Source: Mizuhopecten yessoensis
Lineage: Eukaryota
Assembly: GCF_002113885.1 (NCBI RefSeq)
Contig: NW_018407210.1
Location: forward strand, 11,968-75,967
Reading direction: 5' to 3'
Length of the DNA stretch: 64,000 bases
The position numbers were made by a program, and so were the translations under genes. Positions 38,301 through 50,800 of this stretch are shown here, piece by piece. Within the stretch, counting starts at the first letter, position 1. Each line of letters starts with the position of its first letter. The notes under the pieces were generated by a model. It saw only the letters and a program-made list of their open reading frames with translations, made no database searches and was not told the origin of the DNA.

Positions 38301-41300
38301 TTAGAGCCAACAGCCATACATCTCCACCTGAAAGCAAGGGTGGTAATGACTTTCGTATGTCTTTGGATGGATCCGGACAAAGCGTGCTTCTAGTGGTTCA
38401 GGCAAAGTCTGGTACTCTGCACTAATTGATCCCATAAACGTCTGTAATCAAACAAACATAACAATGGACTATTGAAATATTGATAGATAAACTAGTGTTC
38501 ATAATCTATGTAAAGTTGGTATGACTAACTGTACTTTTAAAGGATCTGGGGTGATGCACAATTTTATGTAACTATATGTAATATCTCATTATGATTCCGA
38601 AATGCTACAATACATGTGTTTACTGTTTTGAAGTAAATAAATTATATGTAAACGGCCACATAAACATAGTAGGCTCATACAGGACAAAATGGTTAAAATA
38701 TGTAAAACATTTCTGCTATGAGAAACAATGGAAGCATACAAGTTAAAGGGGAATGTGTAGAAAACAAAGTTTTAATTCTAAGTCTGGTAATGAATGCAGA
38801 AGAACATTTTGGTTTCTCCAGTGTCTCCTTAACAGAGGACTCATAGGAACCCCCTTATTCTTTATGGAACCCTATATTGGTTCTCTGATACGATCATATA
38901 GTCGGATACAGGAAACCGGCATCCTCTGAAGTGAATTACATATATAGGGAACGCAAATCCGAAAATGTATATTAAGGTACCTTAAGAGAGATATTGTGTA
39001 ACATTTAAGACATATTCTGTCTGAATAAACATTGTTTATTCGAGAAACCAGGTAAGTAGGTTCCAATGGAAATGGGTAAGGCTTGTTAAGCTTAAAACAA
39101 TTACTAACCTCTATACCGCATGTTAAATTTATCTGGAATAGACCACACCAAATCTGTCTATCAAGCATCGTATACTATTAGTCCTTCCATACAATTTGTG
39201 TTTTGTGTTGTGTGTTCTGTGAGTTAGGAAATGGGGATGTTGAAAGGGGGTAATATTGATAATGAGATTCTAATATTATTGTATATAATTCGGTTTTACT
39301 TACATGCACAATGGTAGTATTCACATCGTTTATGAAGTTAAAGGTGATTCCGTCAGAACTGTGCGACACTGTATACGTTTTGGCGAAGAAGGTGGAATTG
39401 GCCCCAGCTGTCTCTAATCTGAATAGCCTTGCTGTACTGCCTGGTAAATATATCACAAGAAAGCCAATAAAAATGCAATGAACTCATAAACATGTACTAG
39501 ATGTAAAAATATACCAGATATTACAGAGTAACAAATATCCGATGTAACATAGTAAAATAGACATGTATCATCTATCACGTACCAATGTGACTTAAACATG
39601 CCTTTTACCTGTTAAATACGTATCCTTATAATGTTTTTAGGGGAAAGAATGTTTAAGGAATTAGTCATTTTTTGGCAGGAACTCCGTACAAAATGATAAA
39701 CAAATAAAGTGTTTTGACATCGCGATCTTTTAATTGCTACAGCACAATGTAATTAATTCAACATACAAGACGGTAAAAATAAATTGCAATTGCTGGTATT
39801 CACTTTAACCTTACTGCTGATTATTACCTGTTACCTTAACACATATATACAGTAAGATAACTGAGGATACCTAGGTCCACTTGTAACCAGGAGTTGGCGT
39901 TTTCACCACACCAATGATTTCCATTTTCTAACAGACGTCCGTCTGATGCTTTTGATACATATCGAGATAAGTAGGCTGACAGCTGAGCATCAGGGATCAC
40001 TGAGGGCTTGGCTACTCCAAGGGCAGTCGTTTTACAAGCTAGTCAAAGTAGAAACAAAAACAAAATAAATAGTTGTATTGAAAGTCATTCCCTCGAATAT
40101 ACAGAGGTACATGAAATTTTATAAGAATGAAATATACAATCGAAATGTTTAAATATGCGTTTTTCTTGCTTTGTATTTTGAGACAGGTTTTTTTGACGTC
40201 ATGTAATAAAAAAAAAGGATGACAAAACAACAGCATCAATAGCAATGGACTAAGACTGTTATTAACTGATAGGGGTGCGAGGTATGTATACTTACTGACG
40301 TCACATGTCGGTCCCCCATACTCGATCGGACAGGTACAGGTATATCCTCGCTGAGTGTTGGTGTTGTTACACTGACCATTGTTGTGACACATCTCTCTGA
40401 CACACTGATCGATCTCTGGGTTAACAACAGATATAGAGGGTTATGATCGCCATCATCATCCCACAGGAAAGTAAACGTTTTCCTTGTGTTATATGATGCA
40501 CGTTATTTTTTATTATGATCATTAATGTGCAGTGTGGACTTGTTGTCACATCTCTTATTCTCAGTTAGAGGACCTGGTATTACTTGAATTTGACCTAGAT
40601 TTTCATGGCAAGTGTCGGCGATGAAGCAGAGGACGCGTACCCTTCCGAAACACCTGGACTTATTGCCCTGTTACTTTTTCAGGGCGGTATATGTTTATTT
40701 TTCCTCTCTTCACATTTTGCCCTATTTTTATCGATTTTGTGTTGAAATTATGATTTTTTTAACATTTCGGTATTTTCTTGTTGAGACTTGCACGAGAAAT
40801 GGATTGTCCCGGGTTGCTTCACTAATGAAAGCATGCTTTCTTTTGAGTGGAATTTTATGTGTTTATGCTCAGAATATATACAACAATGCCAATACATCTT
40901 GATTGATAAAAGAAGGTTAAATACCTATTGTCTCTATTTTGAAAACTGCATCAGCGTACTTATCGCTTGCATCAGTTGCACGGATGGTGAACGTGTAAAT
41001 AGCGTCTTCATCCAGAGCAACGCCTAGGATTCTCCATGGATGTTTGACGATATTTACTCCAACGGGAAAATCTCCAGCAACAAGTTCAAATCTGACATCC
41101 TGATTTTCGGGATCCTGCATCCATACAATCAGAAGAAAAACATATCTTTATGGTTCGAAGTTTGTTTTCCGTAAATATGCAAATAACAGAAGTACATATT
41201 TACAAGCAGAACCGCTGCAATGGACATGACTGGCTATTCCATACACCCCTATAAAGGGACCAACCGACATTGAAACCTCAGGATGAAGTTAAAAAAAACA

Positions 41301-43115
41301 CGGTTCAATAACAAACGTGCACAACTATTTCGGAAAAGGACATTTTCTCAGATGTTGTTACATCTCTCACATATTGTTACATTTCTCACATATTGTTACA
41401 TTTCTCACATATTGTTACATTTCAAACTATTGAATAAGTTTTTCAAAATGTTTTTTTACACAAGTGGAAAAAATAGTTTATAGTCATATTAATGTTCATT
41501 ACCAGCACTTCCAGGGGAATTTCTATGTCAGATCCACCCTCAAATGTCCCAGAGTAGCCGACATGTCCATGTAAACGCCAGATCGGCGGCATACTGTTGA
41601 TAATCTAAACACCAAACAAGCTAATGAAGTGATTGTTTTAAACAAAATTTGAAAACATCAAACACGGGTCATTTCGATAGGTAACCTCATCTATATGGCA
41701 AAGGGATATACAAGCTACACCATACTGTACTACAAATCACCTCCAATGCCATCTGGGAAAATAACTTTCGGGTATTGTTTTGACTAATAAAACCCTATCC
41801 ATATCAAATCAATTGTCACTTGCATGTCCTTAAAAGGGATACAGAGTTGAGCGGAGTTGATAATGATAACCGTCGTGCATATATAGATGTGAAATATATG
41901 ATAACATATGTTTTACTAAAATCATTAACGCTGAAACATTGTAACCATGGCAATGTAAACAACGTTACAGCTGGATTAGTATACTTCACAGTTAGTTTTG
42001 CAGTAAGGATGCTAAATATCAGCCATACGTACGTCAATAATCTCCAGTAGATCGTAGCCATCAAATAGTATGGTCCCTGAACCGTTCCTAGTCGGCTGGA
42101 TGTAGATATCACCATTCTGTCCTGACTAGGACGTAAAAGTAAAGACATGTTTTTAATGTTCATCGTAATGTGTCATGCCATATCGCATTCTGATATGTGA
42201 AATAAAACAAAAGTTGTCATTGTAATCAATGTAAAAGATGCAGGACTACGAATGTAGTCATGCACTCTACTAACGTACAGTGTAGATAACTTAATTAGGA
42301 AATATGTTTATATAGTTACAACTGTAACTACATTTAACTATTTGTTATATATATTTGTATGATCTTTGTATCGAAAGATGAAATAATAGTAAACTATCTA
42401 GTGAAAATCCCGAATCTCATAACAGTGGCGAAGTTAAACTGCGGCGTCATCTATAACTGTGACGTCACAGTCACTGTTTAAAAAATTAATGTCATGAGAC
42501 ATGAATACCAGGTGGTTGTCTTTTCACTTGTACATTGTTTTCATACAAAGTGATTTTAGAGAAAAACAGCACATATTGGCCTTATCAAAACGTTGGTGAT
42601 AGTGATAACATGTAAAGAAAGGACAAATACATCATGCAAAATCCCTGTCTGTAAAGAAAACACATTTACCGGTAATAGTACAGTATACATGTATTATCAC
42701 TGGTTCAGGAGTGCCCTTACCTGTCCCAACAGTGTTCCATTGTCCTGGGCAGCTACTGCCACATTCGGGTAGTCCAACTGTAACACACTATACAAAAACC
42801 CAAATTGACTACTAATTATACAAATGAAACCCTTTTACTTCAGAGAACATCGAATATAATGTTTCATCGGCATGTTTTATTGTTAAAGTATAAAAAAGAA
42901 TTTTCAAATGTTAGAAAATTGAATTCATCGGTTCATTTGTAATTCCGTATGACGTCATTTCCGCCAAGAATATTTCTTTTGCCAACGTCACTTTAATGAG
43001 TTTGAATTAAATACAAAACCTAAATAGAAACTACTTACTCGCCTGGAGATCCTGCTGTAGCCAATGAAATAACTACACATAGGAATATGGATATAATTCC
43101 AATATACAATGCCAT
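38301..43115 (-). CDS. Cluster gene C: secreted cubilin-NTD-like / putative Ig / EGF / FA58C protein, 364 aa (subfamily I)
   Basis: Exons (minus): 43039-43115 (MALYIGIISIFLCVVISLATAG), 42721-42787 (LQLDYPNVAVAAQDNGTLLGQ), 42033-42125 (SGQNGDIYIQPTRNGSGTILFDGYDLLEIID), 41503-41604, 40925-41114, 40296-40415 (EGF), 39871-40038, 39304-39440, 38301-38441 (PCFQVEMYGCWL*). Confidence 0.9.
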
Positions 43116-43509
43116 ATCAGCTCTATCGCTCGTCAAAGCTATCTGATGTCGATCATCACAAACACACCTGCATGTTTGTGTAAGTAAAGTATCGGCCGTG
43201 GAAGGAATACGGTTTAAGGTGTCTGCTCTGGAATGTCACTACGTTATCCTCACTACCTGGATAGTTTTACCTGGATAAATATATCTCGTTAGTTTTCACT
43301 GAGTGTGATATAAACCTTCTTTAATTCCTTCAAATATTTGACTAGACTTATTTGATACAGATTTGTTAATTTAATAAGATATTTTAAAAAAATACCACAG
43401 TTTTGTCACACAAGATAAAACAAAACGAGAACTATACGCAGAGAAAGAAACCATTACCCCTTCCCCTTCTCTCCCTCTGAATAAAACTAAACAAGGTGAT
43501 CCTAAATTG

Positions 43510-44300
43510 TAAACGGTTCGTAGATCTTATGAGCTGATGGTTTCCAGATAATTTCCTGTGGAGATTTTCTTAAATTTCAAGGTATTATTAATAATATAAG
43601 AACTAATATTGAAATACACAGGATTCAGAATACAGAACTTCTTCTCCCTTTTATTCCGCTAAACATAGAATTATTTATCAAAAACACTAAAGGAATAAAA
43701 CACATATATAAAATTATCTCAATGAATAAAGAAATTTCAACAGGTAGGAAAAATGGACAGAACATTTTGATTTTGATGAATCTGCTTGGGAGAATATTTT
43801 CTCATTACCTTTCAAAATAATAAACAGTTCAAAACTTCAGTGGTTTCAATTTAGAATTCTTCATAATATTTTGACAACAAATTCATATTTATTTAAGGCA
43901 AACCAAGTTTACAAGCCCTTCGTGTACACTCTGCAACTCAGAGAGAGAGGCAATTACTCATATACTGTGGGAATGTCAATAAGTTCAAAATTTTCTACAA
44001 ACTCTGGAAATATTTTTAGATGCACTTTTAATTCCATTCACAGTCAACAAAGAATCATTTATTTTTGGAACATGGTCACATGAAAATGAGTATAGTAACA
44101 TTGATAATGAAATTAACATTATTATAAAACACTACATTTACAAAACTAGATGCTTACATAACTCTTTCAATTTAAGTGCACTGGTTAACTCAATTAAAGA
44201 TCACTTTAATATTAAAAAATGTATTGCAACAAGTAAGGGAGATTATTTTCTAGAAGATTTTAACAAGGAATGGAGAAAATGGAAAATTATTGTTATTTTT
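43510..44300 (+). mobile_element. 5'-truncated L1/Tx1-type LINE ORF2 3' fragment (zf-RVT region), degenerate
   Basis: Translates with frameshifts/stops to WENIFSLPFKIINSSKLQWFQFRILHNILTTNSYLFK...CTLCNSEREAITHILWEC...IKHYIYKTR...FNKEWRKW, the characteristic L1/Tx1 C-terminal CCHC region. Confidence 0.8.
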
Positions 44301-44473
44301 GGAGTTTAACTTTAGTATGATGTCCTTAATAGATAGAGTAGGAATTTTCACCTGGATCTTGAGAGTCTGATGAAATGTTAATATTAAATATAAAGTCTTA
44401 TGACATCTTATACAAGAAGGAATTCCTTAGACGACAAAGTTTCATGTATCTATCTCTCAGTTTACTAGAAGTC

Positions 44474-44478
<5 letters not shown>

Positions 44479-44514
<36 letters not shown>

Positions 44515-44599
44515 NNNNNNNNNNNNNNNNNNNNNNNNNNNNNNNNNNNNNNNNNNNNNNNNNNNNNNNNNNNNNNNNNNNNNNNNNNNNNNNNNNNAA

Positions 44600-44646
<47 letters not shown>

Positions 44647-44928
44647 GTGTGTGCATGCATGTATGTGTGTGAGCAGGTATGATTGAAAATACAGTGTTAT
44701 GCTGGTGGTCTTTGCTGATGATAATGAATGATGATACGGATGATTATGACGACTAAATGTAAATATGATAATAAAGATGGAGATGAGGATGATAATAATG
44801 ATAATTAACATTATGGCATGATGATGATGATGATAGATTTTTAAGAGTGTCATTATGACATGAGTATGATGACTGAGTTTTAAGTGATGATGACTGAGTT
44901 TTAAGTGATGATGATTGACATGATGATT

Positions 44929-44962
<34 letters not shown>

Positions 44963-45400
44963 CGATGATGATGATGATGATAGATGTGAAGAGTGTCATT
45001 ATGACATGAGTATAATGATGATAGATGTGAAGAGTGGCATTATGACATGAGTATGATGACTGAGTTTTAAGTGATGATGATTGACATGGTGATGACCGAT
45101 TACTATTATGATATCATTGTATGATGATGATAACTGTGAAGTCATTCTATTGTGGTTATGGTGGTGATGATAATGATGATGTCGTTCTCATATTGTTATT
45201 TGATGATAATGGCGATGATATCATTATTGTGTGATGTTGATGACGATGATAATGACGATGGATGATGATGTTATGACAAAAATGATGATGATGGTGATGA
45301 GAATTGAGTACCATGATGATAATGATAATGCCATTGTCATGCTGTTTTGATTATCATGACAAGGATGATGATAATAATGATATAGTGATGATGATGAAAT
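44479..45400. repeat. (CT)n microsatellite (gap inside) followed by degenerate (GAT)n low-complexity tract
   Basis: Direct reading. Confidence 0.95.
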
Positions 45401-46214
45401 GCAAATGTCAAAAAAGACTTGAAAAATTAAAACAATCATGAAAAGAAACACACAAAAGATCCCAATTCTTTTGGAGAGTAAACGATCATGATTAAAATTG
45501 CATTGGTTACTTTCCATTCAGCTCCCTTGCTGAACCTTGATGCTTGGCCGAATGTTTGAATATTTAATGAGGCTACTCAAATCAGATTGGTTAATAGCTT
45601 TTGGATATCTTTTGAAAGAATCATATCATTGCGATTAACTTAAACTTGCAGATCGAAATGTACCTATTTGTTAAGTTACAACAACACTGAATGCTATGAA
45701 ATAACACAATATTTATATTCCATTTATGAATCTAGACTATACTGTTCTATGTTTATCTACAGTTAAAATATGTTCCGGGAGATTTTATTATGATTTGTGG
45801 TTTTGTCCGAACAGAACCATCTCTATTTGTGGCTTGTACGCCTCGAATCATCTTAAACAAATAAAGGAACAAGAACTAAAGGGTAAGCTCAGGATGATCA
45901 AGGTTTGTATACAAATTATCTTTATCTCATGTCTCATTTCGTGGCATTCAGTTTAATTACAAAAAGAAAAACATGACTGACATGTTATAATGTTGGTGAA
46001 ATATTTTCAGCCTCAACCCCTCATCATAGACTAAGCTGATTCCGAGCGTCATTTTGATAAGTATGCATCAAGTGTACCTCATTCATATATGTGTGACGTA
46101 GTATTGGTCATCGATCATGTGGATCAGGTGATCGATATTGGCGCGACTTTAGAAAGACATTGTTGTAATCGTAAGTAACCCACCACATGTAATTGATTCA
46201 TTATAATTCACGTA

Positions 46215-46565
46215 TTTCCAGCTGCATATATCTTCATTGATTTCACTCCCAGCTGCATAGATCCGTCACTGATTTCACTCCCAGCTGCATAGATCCGTCA
46301 CTGATTTCACTCCAAGCTGCATAGATCCGTCACTGATTTCACTCCCAACTGCATAGTTAGTCACTGATTTCACTCCCAGCTGCATAGATCAGTCACTGAT
46401 TTCACTCCCAGCTGCATAGATCCTTCACTGATTTCACTCCAAGCTGCATAGATCCGTTACTGATTTCACTCCCAGCTGCATAGATCCGTCACTGATTTCA
46501 CTTCATACAGTTTCAGATTATATGTTGTAACAGTTTTTTAAATTATCAGTCTTAAAAAAAAGTCT

Positions 46566-46633
<68 letters not shown>
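46215..46633. repeat. 32-bp minisatellite (~9 copies, 46215-46502) and (GA)n microsatellite (46569-46633)
   Basis: Unit actgatttcactcccagctgcatagatccgtc. Confidence 0.92.
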
Positions 46634-46635
<2 letters not shown>

Positions 46636-46963
46636 TAGCCTAAGTCAAACAGTCGTTCCCTGTGTCCCAGAGGTGTACATATGTAACCTATTCATACATT
46701 ATATTTTTATGTTAATGAATAAGCACACATTGAATTCCACCTTGAAACAGAACTCAAATTTATTCAGAAGCAGGCTTTTCAATATTTGAGTACATTAAGC
46801 TCCTCTGACATTTAAACTGACTCAAGGAAATTCAATCTTTCGAACAATTCTCTCAATAATGCTGCAGGGAATATATAATTAACCTAGGCTTCTAGGTGGT
46901 TTAGAGAGAGATCGTTACAAGTTTTGCACACATTTCATGTGATCTCGAAAGAGGTTCAATGTC

Positions 46964-47739
46964 ATTCATGTGTGCATGCTATACCATGACATTGAACTTC
47001 TTTGTTATTCATGTGTGCATGCTATACCATGACATTGAACTTCTTTGTTATTCATGTGTGTATGCTATACCATGACATTGAACTTCTTTGTTATTCATGT
47101 GTGCATGCTATACCATGACATTGAACTTCTTTGTTATTCATGTGTGCATGCTATACCATGACATTGAACTTCTTTGTTATTCATGTGTGCATGCTATACC
47201 ATGACATTGAACTTCTTTGTTATTCATGTGTGCATGCTATACCATGACATTGAACTTCTTTGTTATTCATGTGTGCATGCTATACCATGACATTGAACTT
47301 CTTTGTTATTCATGTGTGCATGCTATACCATGACATTGAACTTCTTTGTTATTCATGTGTGCATGCTATACCATGACATTGAACTTCTTTGTTATTCATG
47401 TGTGCATGCTATACCATGACATTGAACTTCTTTGTTATTCATGTGTGCATGCTATACCATGACATTGAACTTCTTTGTTATTCATGTGTGCATGCTATAC
47501 CATGACATTGAACTTCTTTGTTATTCATGTGTGCATGCTATACCATGACATTGAACTTCTTTGTTATTCATGTGTGCATGCTATACCATGACATTGAACT
47601 TCTTTGTTATTCATGTGTGCATGCTATACCATGACATTGAACTTCTTTGTTATTCATGTGTGCATGCTATACCATGACATTGAACTTCTTTGTTATTCAT
47701 GTGTGCATGCTATACCATGACATTGAACTTCTTTGTTAT
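46964..47739. repeat. 43-bp homogeneous minisatellite (~18 copies)
   Basis: Unit ttattcatgtgtgcatgctataccatgacattgaacttctttg. Confidence 0.95.
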
Positions 47740-47802
47740 TTCAAAGCAGTAGTTAAAATAGATAACATAGGACTAAAAGGACAAATTCAGAGAAGATTTG
47801 TT

Positions 47803-50800
47803 TTAATTCAAACTGAGTACTCTACACCCAATCAGCTCCACTTTGAAACAGGGCCGGACGACGAATGTGTTTGGATGGAACCGGACAAATCTTGCGTTCA
47901 CTGGCACGTTTAGCGTGTGAACTGTAGATGAGGTTGAGTAGCTCGCGGAGAAGATCTGAAAAAAATAGACAGTATTGAATGTTCTATGTCAACTGACGAC
48001 ATAGTGTTGGCACAAGGAAGAACAAACGAAAGACGTAATTTGAGATTTTCTCAGACAAATTATCATTGTTTTTTTATTAATTAATTAATAGATTATAACC
48101 ATAAATATGTACAGAATCGATCCTTTTGTAACTAAACAAATAACCAATGTTAGAATTATTGCTGAGCTAGTGAATAACGTTTGTAAGCAAGCCATGCTGG
48201 AACACCTTTCTATCGATATGATCATGTTAACAGTCAGTTGTATCTAATTAGATAATTACATTACATTAAACTAGCCAAGGTTCTTGTACCATCCATATGT
48301 TTCCTTTATTGTCGTTATCATCATTGATTTAACATGACTTTTTATTAACTACAATTAGTGGCCGTCAGTACTGACGCTTTCTGCTCCGTTGACAGGGTCA
48401 ACCTGATAGAACGTGTTGCCGTCAGTACTTACGCTTCCTGCTCCGTTGACAGGGTCAACCTTATAGAACGTGTTTCCGTCAGTGCTATACGACATACTGT
48501 AGGTCTTGGTGTACTGGTGTGAGGAGTAACCTTGTGTCTCAACCCTGTAGATCTTAGTCACATGACCTGCACAACAAATAAGTACAATAGAGTCTGTCAT
48601 ATTACATCTTATGTCTATTTTACCTTTTTTTCTCGTAAATAAACTTTGTCTCGCGTACTACTTTTTTCTTGTGAACATGTTTGGTTCTGTGAACTAGCTT
48701 TGTCATGTTTATTAGCTATGTCACTCAAACCAGTCTTGTTAAAAAATTGGTTTGTTAACTACATGTAGCTTTGTCTTGTCAACTAGCTATTTTGCCCAAA
48801 CTAGCTTTGTCTTGTTAACTTGCTTTGTCATCAAAACTATTTTTGTCTCTTGTCAATTCGTTCCATGATTTCTATTTTATGTAAGACTGAGTATAAAATG
48901 TTTTCTCTAAATACAATTTCTATAACTGTCTTACAAGCGTCAGTATCCTTTGTTGAAAATGCTTTGAGTGATCGGTATCACACAAATGAAATACACTGTG
49001 TGTTGGATATGAAATTTTGACATGACTACTAGCTTTTGAGTCGTAACAGAGGCCGGATCACGAATCCTTCACCAAAAGGTGGACTATCTATCCCCTGACG
49101 GTTGTTTATATACAAACGACACCCAAAAGGTTGACTATCTATCCCCTGATGGTTGTATATATACAAACGACACCCAAAAGGTTGACTATCTATCCCCTGA
49201 CGGTTGTATATATACAAACGACACCCAAAAGGTTGACTATCTATCCCCTGACGGTTGTATATATACAAACGACACCCAAAAGGTGGACTATCTATCCCCT
49301 GATGGTTGTATATATACAAACGACACCCAAAAGGTGGACTATCTATCCCCTGATGGTTGTATATATACAAACGACACCCAAAAGGTGGACTATCTATCCC
49401 CTGATGGTTGTATATATACAAACGACACCCAAAAGGTGGACTATCTATCCCCTGATGGTTGTATATATACAAACGACACCCAAAAGGTGGACTATCTATC
49501 CCCTGATGGTTGTATATATACAAACGACACCCAAAAGGTGGACTATCTATCCCCTGATGGTTGTATATATACAAACGACACCCAAAAGGTGGACTATCTA
49601 TCCCCTGATGGTTGTATATATACAAACGACACCCAAAAGGTGGACTATCTATCCCCTGATGGTTGTATATATACAAACGACACCCAAAAGGTGGACTATC
49701 TATCCCCTGATGGTTGTATATATACAAACGACACCCAAAAGGTGGACTATCTATCCCCTGATGGTTGTATATATACAAACGACACCCAAAAGGTGGACTA
49801 TCTATCCCCTGATGGTTGTATATATACAAACGACACCCAAAAGGTGGACTATCTATCCCCTGATGGTTGTATATATACAAACGACACCCAAAAGGTGGAC
49901 TATCTATCCCCTGATGGTTGTATATATACAAACGACACCCAAAAGGTGGACTATCTATCCCCTGATGGTTGTATATATACAAACGACACCCAAAAGGTGG
50001 ACTATCTATCCCCTGATGGTTGTATATATACAAACGACACCCAAAAGGTGGACTATCTATCCCCTGATGGTTGTATATATACAAACGACACCCAAAAGGT
50101 GGACTATCTATCCCCTGATGGTTGTATATATACAAACGACACCCAAAAGGTGGACTATCTATCCCCTGATGGTTGTATATATACAAACGACACCCAAAAG
50201 GTGGACTATCTATCCCCTGATGGTTGTATATATACAAACGACACCCAAAAGGTGGACTATCTATCCCCTGATGGTTGTATATATACAAACGACACCCAAA
50301 AGGTGGACTATCTATCCCCTGATGGTTGTATATATACAAACGACACCCAAAAGGTGGACTATCTATCCCCTGATGGTTGTATATATACAAACGACACCCA
50401 AAAGGTGGACTATCTATCCCCTGATGGTTGTATATATACAAACGACACCCAAAAGGTGGACTATCTATCCCCTGATGGTTGTATATATACAAACGACACC
50501 CAAAAGGTGGACTATCTATCCCCTGATGGTTGTATATATACAAACGACACCCAAAAGGTGGACTATCTATCCCCTGATGGTTGTATATATACAAACGACA
50601 CCCAAAAGGTGGACTATCTATCCCCTGATGGTTGTATATATACAAACGACACCCAAAAGGTGGACTATCTATCCCCTGATGGTTGTATATATACAAACGA
50701 CACCCAAAAGGTGGACTATCTATCCCCTGACGGTTGTATATATACAAACGACACCCAAAAGGTTGACTATCTATCCCCTGATGGTTGTATATATACAAAC

